DNA of 64,000 nucleotides from Candidatus Obscuribacteraceae bacterium (GTDB lineage Bacteria > Cyanobacteriota > Vampirovibrionia > Obscuribacterales > Obscuribacteraceae), in assembly GCA_044226015.1 (NCBI GenBank), contig JBGAHS010000009.1:224001-288000 (forward strand), written 5' to 3'. The notes below the pieces were generated by a model. The model searched no databases. It saw only the letters and a list, made by a program, of their open reading frames with translations, and had not been told where the DNA came from. A program made the position numbers and the translations under genes. Of this stretch, positions 1 to 9,482 are shown in pieces; position 1 is the first letter of the stretch, and each line of letters begins with the position of its first letter.

Positions 1-147
1 TTGATATGCGTCATCTTCTTCCTGGTACTCGTTGAAATTTGCGCCGGAGTGCTTGATGTAGAATGCCGCTTGAGCTTTTGTGTTGAATCTCGCGATGAGC
101 TCTTGCATTCGCGTTTCACGACTTATCACGACAATTTTCTCGAACAT
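1..147 (-). CDS. NAD-kinase-like (sugar kinase family) protein, N-terminal fragment; gene runs off the window edge
   Basis: Hand translation from ATG at 147: MFEKIVVISRETRMQELIARFNTKAQAAFYIQHSGANFNEYQEEDDAYQ. AGGAG RBS overlaps the SPFH stop. This N-terminus matches my recall of the NAD-kinase-like partner normally encoded after this SPFH subfamily. Confidence 0.7.
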   Translation of the reverse strand, partial: MFEKIVVISRETRMQELIARFNTKAQAAFYIKHSGANFNEYQEEDDAYQ

Positions 148-154
148 GATGCTC

Positions 155-1153
155 CTACTCTCTTGAGTTTTTGGTAGAAGGATTCGAAGGGGCATTGAGA
201 AGTGTTTGTAGCAAATCTGGCGTCAAATTTAGCGTTCCGATTTTTGAAGCATTTTCTGCCAGCTCTTGAAACGCGAGACTCATAATCATGCGCGAATCAC
301 CGCCATTTTTGCCGGCCATGGCAATAAGCGTGCGCCAGTCGACATCCCGAACTGGTTTAAGCGTTGATTCGAGTGCATAAGCTCGAGAGTCAGCTTCTTT
401 GCGATCATTTTCGGTTTTCTTCGAAATTAAAGCCTCCCGTTGTTCTTCGATTGCTATGTCAGCAGCCATGCGGGTTTCGCGGATCTCTCGCTTTTTGGTT
501 TCAACCGCTTTTTCTGTGTTTAACTCACTTTCCTTGATGCGTCGTTCTTCTTCAACGGCTGCGTTCCTCCTTAAATAGATGGCTTGATCTGATTGCTGGA
601 GAATTCTTTCCCTGGTTTCAGATTCCAGAGCCCTGGCAGTTTCCTTCGTTGGCGAGAGGTTGAGAATCGCCAGATCAAGTATTTGAACACCGAGAATGAC
701 AAGTACATCTGATTTCTTTAGTTCTTCGAGAATACCGGAGACCACCATATGCGGTGCCTGGAGAATTTCGCGCAGAATGAGTGGGCGAATTATGGACTGT
801 GAAACAACTTGCGTCGTATTTACCAGTCGAGTCTCAAGTTGTTGAATCGGGCTGTCGCCGCTAGCCTTATATCTTCCTTTCTCGTCAACAGAGAAGTCCA
901 GCATTTGGGCAGCCTGTTCAGGGTTACTTATTTTGTAAGTGATTTGTCCCTGTACGCTTATGGTTTGAAAGTCGGCTGTTGGCTCGTTGAATATAAATGG
1001 GACTACCTGACTTACCAAAGGTATTTCAGATACAGAAGAAATAGGGGCGAAATACCAGAAGTTAAGCCCGGCACCTTGCTTACTTATTTTTCCTGACTCG
1101 TGAAGGATGACGTGCCTGGTAGGTGGTGATTTCTTATATTCAATTCCCAACAT
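155..1153 (-). CDS. SPFH/band 7 domain protein
   Basis: PFIFNEPTADFQTISVQGQITYKI SPFH core, followed by coiled coil RRNAAVEEERRIKESEL and IGTLNLTPDLL tail. Confidence 0.88.
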   Translation of the reverse strand: MLGIEYKKSPPTRHVILHESGKISKQGAGLNFWYFAPISSVSEIPLVSQVVPFIFNEPTADFQTISVQGQITYKISNPEQAAQMLDFSVDEKGRYKASGDSPIQQLETRLVNTTQVVSQSIIRPLILREILQAPHMVVSGILEELKKSDVLVILGVQILDLAILNLSPTKETARALESETRERILQQSDQAIYLRRNAAVEEERRIKESELNTEKAVETKKREIRETRMAADIAIEEQREALISKKTENDRKEADSRAYALESTLKPVRDVDWRTLIAMAGKNGGDSRMIMSLAFQELAENASKIGTLNLTPDLLQTLLNAPSNPSTKNSRE

Positions 1154-1174
1154 TGAGCTTTCCTCGAATTCAAA

Positions 1175-1195
1175 TAAGCGTCTATAATACTATTA
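1175..1195 (-). promoter_or_regulatory. NrtR-type operator (21-bp imperfect palindrome with GT-N7-AC core)
   Basis: Minus strand TAATAGTATTATAGACGCTTA, immediately downstream of TTGACA(1226-1221)-17 bp-CAAGAT(1203-1198) and 21 bp before the SPFH start. Confidence 0.6.
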
Positions 1196-1396
1196 CTATC
1201 TTGCGACAAAAGTGTAAGTCTGTCAAGTGATCGGTGCCGTATTCCCTATTGGGCGCTGTAGCTTACAGCTGCTTGGGTGTAATTCACTGCCAGGTAATTT
1301 GCTATACTACGGTTATAGTAGGGGCGGCTTGTGTCAGCAGGAGGCGGAGCGTCCGGTTATAATGGCAGCTGACGGTCTCTTCCGGAGGAGTCGAAC

Positions 1397-1840
1397 ATGC
1401 AAGCTGAAGACGTTATTTATCGCTTCGATCCTAGAAAAATTCGCGTTGTTTCTGGAGACGTTCCTGTTGGATATTGGGAGCTGCGCGGCTGCAAATTGGT
1501 CAGATGCCGTGATGTATTCGATGGTTCTACCTCTGACGGGATGGAGCTTGATTTGGACGCTAAGGTCAAGAAGTTGCAGCTTCGAAAAATTGCTGATGCT
1601 AATCCAGGAGCGAACATTGTCGGTGTTGGGTTAGGTGCGCTGCTTGGTCTTCGCTGTTGCGGAAGGGTTGGTGCTATCACTGGCGCTATTGCCGGGCAAC
1701 TTCTGGTGGGAAATCGCTACGACATGACCGTAGATGTGCACCTGACTGACGGCAAACAATTCCTTGCCCACATGGACTCCGCCGTATACAAACGAATGCA
1801 AGCTGTCGGTGCTCGTTGTGCCGAATTCACAGATTCTTGA
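1397..1840 (+). CDS. Hypothetical protein with glycine-zipper-like hydrophobic segment
   Basis: GGAGGAG RBS before ATG; GVGLGALLG...GAITGAIAGQLLVG segment. Confidence 0.7.
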   Translation: MQAEDVIYRFDPRKIRVVSGDVPVGYWELRGCKLVRCRDVFDGSTSDGMELDLDAKVKKLQLRKIADANPGANIVGVGLGALLGLRCCGRVGAITGAIAGQLLVGNRYDMTVDVHLTDGKQFLAHMDSAVYKRMQAVGARCAEFTDS

Positions 1841-2170
1841 TTAGCAAAATCAAATTTGCTTCAATCGAATTCTCACTCTAGGGTAATGATTTCTCAGCGA
1901 CAACGCTCACCATTTATGGTGGCGAATCTTGTCTGGAATGTGGCTTTGAACAAGCTCGCCTTCAGAAAAAAGAGGCTTGGTCGCCGCAATTTATAGACCA
2001 AATTCTCTTTCGATTGCAAGTTTTTCATGAGCCCTGACTTATCCAAAACGCCCTGAATTAGGTAGTTCTTAGCTCTGAACGGTAAAATTCCCATTGCAGC
2101 TAGCTGCCTTCCAGACGATTATCAATTGGGGCAAGTTTTCTAGACTTGGGCAGCTAGTAAACGGTAGAGA

Positions 2171-3481
2171 TTGGGCATGAACGAGCGGCTGGAATTAGTT
2201 AGCGACAAAATGTTGCTGAATAAATCTGATACTGAATCATCCTCTAAGTTGGTCGACGACTTGTGGTCGAGGGTGAAGGAGTCTAAAGAGGCTCTGGCTG
2301 TGCCAGCTCTTATTGCTGGCGCTGCGCTCTTACCCCGCCTTTTCAAGCACGGCATCTCACTTGTCACTAGTGTAGGTGAGAAGTCTCCAAGCCTGGTTTC
2401 GCGAGTAAGTGAGCAGGCACTTAACGGAGCCGCAAAAGAAGAATCTTCAGCGTCGCTAGTTCACAGGCTTGATTATCACCGACCGATTCCAGACTTCGTG
2501 AAGTCTCGTGAGCAAATCGTAAGCCGTCCGCCAGATGCATCACTTGCCTTAAATCCGCATTCCCAGCAGGGAAAAAGCCTGGTTCGCTGGGTTGATGTCG
2601 GAGGAGAGCATCGCAGTTATATGCTGCACATACCGCGCAGTGTTGACCCTGAAAAAGGTGCACCGCTTGTGGTGGCTATGGAAGGGTTTCTTGCCGGAAC
2701 CAACAAACCATGGCACGGAATGGCAGAAACTAATGGTATTAATTCTCAGGCTGAGAAGCTCGGTTTCATTGCGCTATACCCTGTTCCTAAGCCAAGATTA
2801 AGGGACCGTGTTTTTACCTGGAATGAGCCAGACGGTGCCACCAATTTCCTTGGCGCTCGACCTTACAGCGACAATGAATATATACAAGCCGCAATGCAGG
2901 CTGTTATGAAAGATTTTCCGGTAGACAAATCCAGAGTATATGGAATTGGCTTTTCTCAAGGTGCCATGCAGTTGCATCATGTCGTGAATTCATCGGAGCC
3001 CGGGACCTTTAAGGCTATAGCTTCTGTTGCTGGAACCTTAACGGAAAAATTCAGCTTGCCTCCTGCTGGTACCCGCTTGCTAGTAATGCATAGCGAGGCA
3101 GATCCAACGCTACCCTACTCGGGTGGTACTGGTTTCCTTCCATCCTTCGCTGATCGCATGGGTTGGGGATTCGCTAGAAACTCAAGACCTCACCTACAAG
3201 TGCCAAATTATTTGCGTGCCAATGATATATCGCACTTGACTCCCGAATACTTCAAAATGCCGGAATATAATGTTCGAAGCTGGATGAAGGATGGACATGT
3301 TTTGCCGACGGTTCAGGAAGTTATGTTCAGTTCTAAATACGGACACACTTTTCCAGGGCGCTTAACCCGCGACAAAGAAACTCTCTTCACCATTATTAAT
3401 GGACCAGTTCCAGCGCCGGCTGTTTTGGATGCGAAGCGGTGGATTACGGAAGACTTTTTTGGCTTGAAGAATCTAGCCTAG
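2171..3481 (+). CDS. Alpha/beta hydrolase, PHB depolymerase/LpqC-like esterase with N-terminal extension
   Basis: RSYMLHIP...PLVVAMEG, GFIALYP, VDKSRVYGIGFSQGA nucleophile elbow, HSEADP and GHTFPG catalytic Asp/His motifs. The start may be the ATG two codons downstream. Confidence 0.85.
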   Translation: MGMNERLELVSDKMLLNKSDTESSSKLVDDLWSRVKESKEALAVPALIAGAALLPRLFKHGISLVTSVGEKSPSLVSRVSEQALNGAAKEESSASLVHRLDYHRPIPDFVKSREQIVSRPPDASLALNPHSQQGKSLVRWVDVGGEHRSYMLHIPRSVDPEKGAPLVVAMEGFLAGTNKPWHGMAETNGINSQAEKLGFIALYPVPKPRLRDRVFTWNEPDGATNFLGARPYSDNEYIQAAMQAVMKDFPVDKSRVYGIGFSQGAMQLHHVVNSSEPGTFKAIASVAGTLTEKFSLPPAGTRLLVMHSEADPTLPYSGGTGFLPSFADRMGWGFARNSRPHLQVPNYLRANDISHLTPEYFKMPEYNVRSWMKDGHVLPTVQEVMFSSKYGHTFPGRLTRDKETLFTIINGPVPAPAVLDAKRWITEDFFGLKNLA

Positions 3482-3485
3482 ACCT

Positions 3486-5339
3486 TTAGTAGTCTATGAT
3501 GGCGCCGCTGCGCTCAAGTATGAAGTCACAAACATCTTCGTCATTTAACAAGACTGAACCTGGCATAGCATGCCTGTTTTTATCATCAGTATGTTGTTTT
3601 GCCCAGCGCTTGGAAGCAATTATTTGCCCTCCATTTTTCAAAATTTGCTGAAGCAGTGCCTGCATGCCTGTTATTCGTTTTGAAATCTGCGCGTCTAGCT
3701 TGAGTTTGTTTAGGATGATATCAGGGTGCATGATCATTATCGTAGCTTCGGAATCTAGAAAAACGCTGACTTGTAAATCTCGAGCTTGAATTCGTCCTGC
3801 AAGGCAGAGTCCGTCGAAGACGCTGTCGAGTTCCTCATTCGATTTACATTTTCGAAATCGAATAGTCAAAGCGTACTTGCTGTCTGACGTTGCTGGCATC
3901 ACACCGGCCGCGGTGCTCGCCTTTGCAGCACTCGCTTTCAGTTTCGCCAGGCTTGACGGAACTGCATTTGAATTCAATGAGTCTGTTATCTCGCTGCTGG
4001 CATGTGTCGCAGCGCTTGGTACCTGTGTCGTATTGACATTGTGAGGCACCTTTGCTGGTATCACATCAAGCTCAGAGCTGCCCTGTGCTCTGTTTCGTGA
4101 TGTTGCAAAAATGAATAAATCTGCTCCTAAATCGGAAGCTGAAGGATAGCGTTTGTCAGGATTTTTCTCCAGGCAACGCATAACGATTTGCTCAAGTTTT
4201 GGTGGCACAAAGCCCTCGGGGCATACGGAGGATAGCGGCGGAGGTGGGTCACCAAGTTGCATCATTAGTACTTTAATCGAGCTCTCGTGTACAAAAGGCG
4301 GATGCCCAGCCAGCGCTTCGTACATGACACATCCCAATGAGTAAACATCAATGCGCGGGTCTGCCTTCGCGCCAGCGGCTTGCTCTGGGGAGATATAGGC
4401 TGGGCTGCCAACTATATTTCCAGTCGGTGTAAGCTCGTTTTGGTCGGTTTCATTGATTATTTTAGCGATTCCAAAGTCCAGAACCTTTGCGGTCTCTTGA
4501 CCTTCCGAGCGCAATACCATGATGTTGCTTGGTTTCACATCACGGTGAACAACGTTCTTCTCATGCGCGTAGCGAAGTCCATCACAAATTTGCAAGAAGA
4601 GATTGATAAAACGAGGAATTTCGAGTCGCTTGCTTTGTTCGATTACGTCGGTGAGTGATTGACCTTCAAGATATTCCATGAGCATGTAAGGCTGTCCATG
4701 TTTGGACACACCAAACTCATAGACGTTTATCAAATTACGATGTTTAAGGTCCAGGCAAGCTTTCGCTTCACGCATGAAGCGCTTTTGGTTCTCTTCCTCA
4801 TCCATCAGGTGCCCGTGCAAGACTTTCAAGGCGACCAGTTCGTCTGTGTCCTTCCTTTTGGCTTTGTAAATGACGCCCATTCCGCCTGCGCCGAGCCGCG
4901 AAATCAGCTCACAATTCTCGGTAAACTCTCCCTGGCTTGGCAGGCTAGAAGCGAGCTTTTCTGCCTGATATCCCGGGCGCAGAAATTCAGGGATAACTGC
5001 TTTGCCAGGCTCTGGTGGTTTTGCTGCCTCGAGCAAGTTGTGAACGAGCTCTACGTCACTACTAGTATGGCGCCAGGCTATGGCGGATATCGTTTCTGCT
5101 CCTACGTGGAGAATCCAGGTTGGTTCGTAAGTGCCGTAGCTGTGAGTTGCTGTGAGAATGTATGTATCGCTCTCTGTCATCCAGCTGAGCGCGCTCGGTC
5201 GACCTACTTGTTTGCGCGACTGCTCCATGCAGAACTTCAGGTCTTCCATGGAGGGTGGCGTTCTAAGAGGCGCGACTTTGAAAGCTTCGGCTTTCGTGTC
5301 GTGATTCTGCTTTTTCTTGAACGCGTCCTGTAAGGGCAT
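3486..5339 (-). CDS. Hanks-type Ser/Thr protein kinase with N-terminal unknown domain and C-terminal DsrE-like domain
   Basis: LGAGGMGVIY, VALKVL, HRDVKPSN, DFG and GSPAYISPEQ motifs. Start moved to ATG 5339 because the longer ORF (to 5528) overlaps the divergent gene. Confidence 0.92.
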   Translation of the reverse strand: MPLQDAFKKKQNHDTKAEAFKVAPLRTPPSMEDLKFCMEQSRKQVGRPSALSWMTESDTYILTATHSYGTYEPTWILHVGAETISAIAWRHTSSDVELVHNLLEAAKPPEPGKAVIPEFLRPGYQAEKLASSLPSQGEFTENCELISRLGAGGMGVIYKAKRKDTDELVALKVLHGHLMDEEENQKRFMREAKACLDLKHRNLINVYEFGVSKHGQPYMLMEYLEGQSLTDVIEQSKRLEIPRFINLFLQICDGLRYAHEKNVVHRDVKPSNIMVLRSEGQETAKVLDFGIAKIINETDQNELTPTGNIVGSPAYISPEQAAGAKADPRIDVYSLGCVMYEALAGHPPFVHESSIKVLMMQLGDPPPPLSSVCPEGFVPPKLEQIVMRCLEKNPDKRYPSASDLGADLFIFATSRNRAQGSSELDVIPAKVPHNVNTTQVPSAATHASSEITDSLNSNAVPSSLAKLKASAAKASTAAGVMPATSDSKYALTIRFRKCKSNEELDSVFDGLCLAGRIQARDLQVSVFLDSEATIMIMHPDIILNKLKLDAQISKRITGMQALLQQILKNGGQIIASKRWAKQHTDDKNRHAMPGSVLLNDEDVCDFILERSGAIIDY

Positions 5340-5469
5340 AGCAGTCTCGGCAAATTTGGGCACCCTTAGATTTTTTGCCCAAAAAATAGGCAAAGCCTCC
5401 GTTTTCTGGTTAATTGTTAGATTTATCCCTATTTTCCGAATGAAATTCGTCAGCTTGCAAAAGTGAGGA

Positions 5470-6210
5470 TTGCCCATGCTTCGAAAGTATATAGTTGCCG
5501 GTTTTATGCTGCTTTGCTCAGCCTTCAATTGTGTCGGCGCAAATGCATATTATGCAAACTACCTTCCTGAGCAGATACTCCTTAACTCAAGCAAGTTAAA
5601 GCAGAAAAAATTGGGTGAGATTTCGCCTGACGGGAGTCTGACGGCTCCTAATGGAGTGCAGATTGAATGCAAAGAAGCCGTCCTTTCGCTAAAGGGCGTC
5701 GATAAAGCTGGTCGCCCCTGGACGATAAAAGATGAGAACGAACGAGGGTTTGGAGGCACAGTCTACTTTGCTGATGTGGACAAAAATGGATATGACGACC
5801 TGATTTTTTTGTTTGGAACTGCTGCCTGCGGCATGCCATTTCAGGCTCTGGATATTGCCTTTGTGGCTGCAGATGGAACCGTGAAGTATACCGAACTGCT
5901 TAGCCGATTTAGCGAAGAAGAGGATGGTATCGACGATATACGAGTGGGTAAAGATGGACATACGTATTTGCTGCTTCAAGACCTCAGCTACAGTACTCTC
6001 GGAAAGCGCGATTTTAGTTATTGGCGATTTTCTGCGATGAAAGCAGAGAACTGTGCTTTGTCGGATGTGCCGTCTGCATTTGGTTTACGTCTTCCTTGCT
6101 TCGTTTGGTTTACCACCAAGCCTAACCACAAGTTGTCTCTGCGAACGCCAACTCTGGAAAAGCAATATCAAATAGATCAAAAGAGAATGGCGCAAGAGTC
6201 CGCGAAGTGA
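5470..6210 (+). CDS. Hypothetical exported protein
   Basis: Signal-peptide-like MLRKYIVAGFMLLCSAFNCVGANA; one FG-GAP-like ADVDKNGYDDL motif. Confidence 0.7.
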   Translation: MPMLRKYIVAGFMLLCSAFNCVGANAYYANYLPEQILLNSSKLKQKKLGEISPDGSLTAPNGVQIECKEAVLSLKGVDKAGRPWTIKDENERGFGGTVYFADVDKNGYDDLIFLFGTAACGMPFQALDIAFVAADGTVKYTELLSRFSEEEDGIDDIRVGKDGHTYLLLQDLSYSTLGKRDFSYWRFSAMKAENCALSDVPSAFGLRLPCFVWFTTKPNHKLSLRTPTLEKQYQIDQKRMAQESAK

Positions 6211-6380
6211 TTTCTCGGAAATTGAGTTTTGATGCAGCTCTCGGTGGACTATTGCTGTGAGGTGCTCTTGCATCTGAGCGAAACTACAGCATGCCTCGTG
6301 ACACTAAATATGGTGTTGAGCACCATAGATGCAGCAAAACAACACCGTTGTTTGCTTGCTTCAGTTTCTCTTGTAAAAGG

Positions 6381-6457
6381 TGGGGCAGATGACGGGACTT
6401 GAACCCGCGAGTACCGGAACCACAATCCGGGGCCTTAACCGCTTGGCGACACCTGCC
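6381..6457 (-). tRNA. tRNA-His(GTG)
   Basis: GGCAGGTGTCGCCAAGCGGTTAAGGCCCCGGATTGTGGTTCCGGTACTCGCGGGTTCAAGTCCCGTCATCTGCCCCA: cloverleaf, GTG anticodon, G-1:C73 pair, encoded CCA. Confidence 0.97.
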
Positions 6458-6535
6458 ACTAGAACACATATTAACACGCAACTTACAGACTTGAATTCAC
6501 GTGTTAAAAGCCTCGCAATCTTCTTTAATTGCCGT

Positions 6536-6571
6536 TTTAAAACAAGAAGAGGAGGCGTGAACCTCCTCTTC
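6536..6571 (-). terminator. Rho-independent terminator
   Basis: Perfect 10-bp stem GAAGAGGAGG/CCTCCTCTTC (6546-6571), followed by TTGTTTT on the minus strand downstream of ORF 6594-6797. Confidence 0.7.
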
Positions 6572-6593
6572 GAAAATTGTTGTCTTTGACAGC

Positions 6594-6797
6594 TTATCTG
6601 TCTGTCTTAGCTGCAAGTTGCTTCTGAAGAACACTTACACGCTGCAATAAGGCTTTGAGTAAATCCTCATAGCTGGATTCATCGCGGTAATAAGCGACTT
6701 TCTTCAGGTCAACCTTCTCCACTATCTCGGGTGCTGGTTGAAGTTCGACTGTAGGGCTGCCAACGAAGCTTGTGGTACCTGCTGTTGTTCCAATCAT
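6594..6797 (-). CDS. Small hypothetical protein with C-terminal coiled coil
   Basis: AGAGGA RBS upstream, terminator downstream, amphipathic helix YEDLLKALLQRVSVLQKQL. Confidence 0.6.
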   Translation of the reverse strand: MIGTTAGTTSFVGSPTVELQPAPEIVEKVDLKKVAYYRDESSYEDLLKALLQRVSVLQKQLAAKTDR

Positions 6798-6875
6798 TGG
6801 ATTGTCCTCTCTACCAGATTTACCTGGTTTCCCATTTCGGTTAAAAAACCGCCTGCCAATTTTCTTACCGCCAAT

Positions 6876-7118
6876 TTAGAATTTTATTCGCTTGACGTCT
6901 CGATATTTTAAGTCTATCCAGATCTGCTTGACATTTGCCATGGTAAATACCGCAGTTCGGTGAAACTTTTCCAAGCCAAGAATGCCAAGCACTTGAAACA
7001 AGCTAACTATTACACGAATCTCCTTGAAAACGGCATTCTTAATAACAAGATAAGATTCTTCAAATCTTTTTCTCTGCTCTAATATTTTCTGTTCCTTGTC
7101 TGCAGTTTTTTCCCTCAT
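6876..7118 (-). CDS. Small hypothetical protein
   Basis: 80-aa ORF filling the gap downstream of feoB on the same strand; no recognisable motif. Confidence 0.4.
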   Translation of the reverse strand: MREKTADKEQKILEQRKRFEESYLVIKNAVFKEIRVIVSLFQVLGILGLEKFHRTAVFTMANVKQIWIDLKYRDVKRIKF

Positions 7119-7249
7119 CGTATTTGATACCAGTCAAAGACCAGTGACTCTCTCTCTTTGCTCGGACTGCGCTCATGGCCAGCTACAGCACAATTCAGCA
7201 TTTGGGATCCCAAATGGATACATTTGCTCAGGTTGCGGAATAAGATTTG

Positions 7250-9268
7250 CTATTTAAGAATGAAAGGAAGCACGCGTGCCAGAGCCGCTCCGATGGCTAC
7301 TGCAAATAGCCATGAACCAATCCAGATCGAGAATGCAACTTTGGCTCCTCGTTCTTTGATCATCACCCCTACGGTGGCGATACAAGGCACAAACAATGTG
7401 ATCACAACCATCGCTGTAACTGCCTGAGTCGCCGATAAGGCTACGTCGGTTAGACCAAAAGCAGCGAAGTCACGCCGTACAATACCTAGAATAAAAGTTG
7501 TCGGAATACGCGGGTCAGAGGGCAGTTTCAAGAGGTCTACTGTGATTGGTTTGAGCGCTTGAATAAACCAATCGAGTACTCCTGTCATTTGTCCTATCGT
7601 TACTACCAGTCCTGCGATGCAGAACATTGGAATTGACTCAAGCATGAAATTGTACGTTTTCGTCCACGTTTTCTTCAGAACATTTTTTGCTCTGGGCAAA
7701 CGCATGGGTGGAAGGTCGATCATCAACGATGCCGATTTGCCCGGCAATATCTTATTTAGAAGAAGCCCTGTAGCTACAAGAATTCCGAAAACAACAGAGC
7801 CGTAAACTGCCCAGGGAAGGGGACCACCGCATTTTGCCAGGGTACCAGAGACTATTCCTAATTGAGCTGAGCAAGGAATTGCAATACCAAGCAAAGCTGT
7901 CGCAATAATTTTTTCTCGAGTTGAAGACAATAAGCGTGTTGTAACTGTCGCCATCGTGACACAACCAAGACCCAGGATAAGCGGAATTATTGCGCGTCCG
8001 GTCAAACCGATGCGATTCAACACTCTGTCAACTAGCACCGCCAGTCGTGGCAGATAGCCGGAGTCTTCGAGTATGGAAAGGGCAAAATAAAAGGCAAGAA
8101 CAAGAGGAAATAGAAGACCAAATAGATAAGTTACAGTGAGTGTGAGTATGCCGTATTCACCCGCCAGTGTGTTTCCTGCAGCTCCCATAAGATCACGATG
8201 TGACCAGAAGTCATACTTAACTTCGTCTACAGCAGTGCTGTTCTTGGTGCTTTCGAATTCACTTGCCTCCACTGCTGGTGCTTGCATAATTCCCGCAGGA
8301 AAATCAAAGGTCTTGTTGCCGACAGTTACCGTAGAAGGGAAGACTTGTGCGACGACTCTGCGAACATTAGGTTCGCAATAAACCCGCATAAACTTCTTTT
8401 CGGTCAAATCCACAACCACTCCAGCAACTAAGACACCGAGCAATTGATAGAAGATCAGATAACAGACTACTGCGGAAATGATGCCACCATAAAAGGGGTT
8501 TAGCAGCAGGCGTCCAAAAAATACTGAGAATTGCTTCTTCGTATTTGAATGTTTGACCGCGCCAGCAACAATTTCATTAACTCGTTGTCGACGCTCTCTG
8601 TATATTTCATTGCGATGAGTGAGGGCTTGTGTCTTACATTCATCAGCAGAGCTCTGGTCGCCTTCAGCTACTAGAAGCGCATGATCTTCGCTTATGCCAT
8701 TTTTTCGCAATTCCTTTGTTCGTTCTTGAACCAGGCTGGAAATTGTTCCGCGACAGGCGTCTGCAAGGCTCATGTTTATTTCTGATATGCCTTTGCCTTG
8801 GACAGCCACGGTAGGTATAACCGGAACCCCAAGGGACTCAGACAGTTTGCTCAGGTCTATTCTCATATTGCGCGACTCGGCTTCGTCCCATTGATTCAAA
8901 ACTAGAATCATTGGTTTTCCCATGTCGATTAACTGAAGAGTGAGGAAGAGGTCTCTTTCTAGACTCAGTGCAGAAGCGACATTGATGATCATTTCTGCTT
9001 TTAAAATCATTTTTCGCGCTATCAACTCTTCATCATTGAAGCTTGAAACGCCATAAATGCCTGGAGTGTCTGCCAGGTCATCTGCTCCGAGCTTACCTCG
9101 AGAGATGTCTATAGTTGTCCCCGGAAAATTTGAAACCTCTGCGTGAACACCAGTCAGAGCCGAAAAAAGAGCCGACTTGCCGACGTTAGGATTTCCAGCA
9201 AGCACGATTTGCTTACCTTTAACTTCCTGCTCTGTCGCAGAAGCCTGATTTCCCGTGGCAGTAGCCAC
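7250..9268 (-). CDS. feoB: Ferrous iron transport protein B
   Basis: GNPNVGKS, NFPGTT, DTPG and NQWD G-domain motifs; LEDSGYLPR, LGLGC, IPCSAQ and LFVPC gate/TM motifs. Confidence 0.96.
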   Translation of the reverse strand: MATATGNQASATEQEVKGKQIVLAGNPNVGKSALFSALTGVHAEVSNFPGTTIDISRGKLGADDLADTPGIYGVSSFNDEELIARKMILKAEMIINVASALSLERDLFLTLQLIDMGKPMILVLNQWDEAESRNMRIDLSKLSESLGVPVIPTVAVQGKGISEINMSLADACRGTISSLVQERTKELRKNGISEDHALLVAEGDQSSADECKTQALTHRNEIYRERRQRVNEIVAGAVKHSNTKKQFSVFFGRLLLNPFYGGIISAVVCYLIFYQLLGVLVAGVVVDLTEKKFMRVYCEPNVRRVVAQVFPSTVTVGNKTFDFPAGIMQAPAVEASEFESTKNSTAVDEVKYDFWSHRDLMGAAGNTLAGEYGILTLTVTYLFGLLFPLVLAFYFALSILEDSGYLPRLAVLVDRVLNRIGLTGRAIIPLILGLGCVTMATVTTRLLSSTREKIIATALLGIAIPCSAQLGIVSGTLAKCGGPLPWAVYGSVVFGILVATGLLLNKILPGKSASLMIDLPPMRLPRAKNVLKKTWTKTYNFMLESIPMFCIAGLVVTIGQMTGVLDWFIQALKPITVDLLKLPSDPRIPTTFILGIVRRDFAAFGLTDVALSATQAVTAMVVITLFVPCIATVGVMIKERGAKVAFSIWIGSWLFAVAIGAALARVLPFILK

Positions 9269-9296
9269 TGCTCAATCCTTCATTTGTCGAGGTTTA

Positions 9297-9365
9297 TTTG
9301 AGAAATCATATCAACAAAATGCTGAATTTGAGAAGAAATATCAATAATACGAATTCATTCTCAAT
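9297..9365. promoter_or_regulatory. Three Fur-box-like sites upstream of feoB
   Basis: TTTGAGAAATCATATCAAC (9297-9315), TTTGAGAAGAAATATCAAT (9327-9345) and ATACGAATTCATTCTCAAT (9347-9365) resemble TGAGAATnATTnTCA. Confidence 0.65.
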
Positions 9366-9482
9366 AAACACGAATTACTAAATTAGGTAATTCTTGGGAA
9401 CCCCAAAGCTCTATATGGTATAAGCAAAATCGCCTCTTGCCTTAGACGCAGGTCCGGGCGCAGGACAGATCAGTGCAAATCG

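Noticed and set aside
5340..5528. N-terminal extension of the kinase ORF
   Set aside because: It overlaps the divergent gene start and promoter region; ATG 5339 is more plausible.
6300..6460. tRNA-His as an integration site
   Set aside because: I saw no duplicate of the tRNA 3' end and no integrase in the window.
6284..6589. ORFs 6284-6481 and 6380-6589
   Set aside because: They overlap tRNA-His and are spurious translations.
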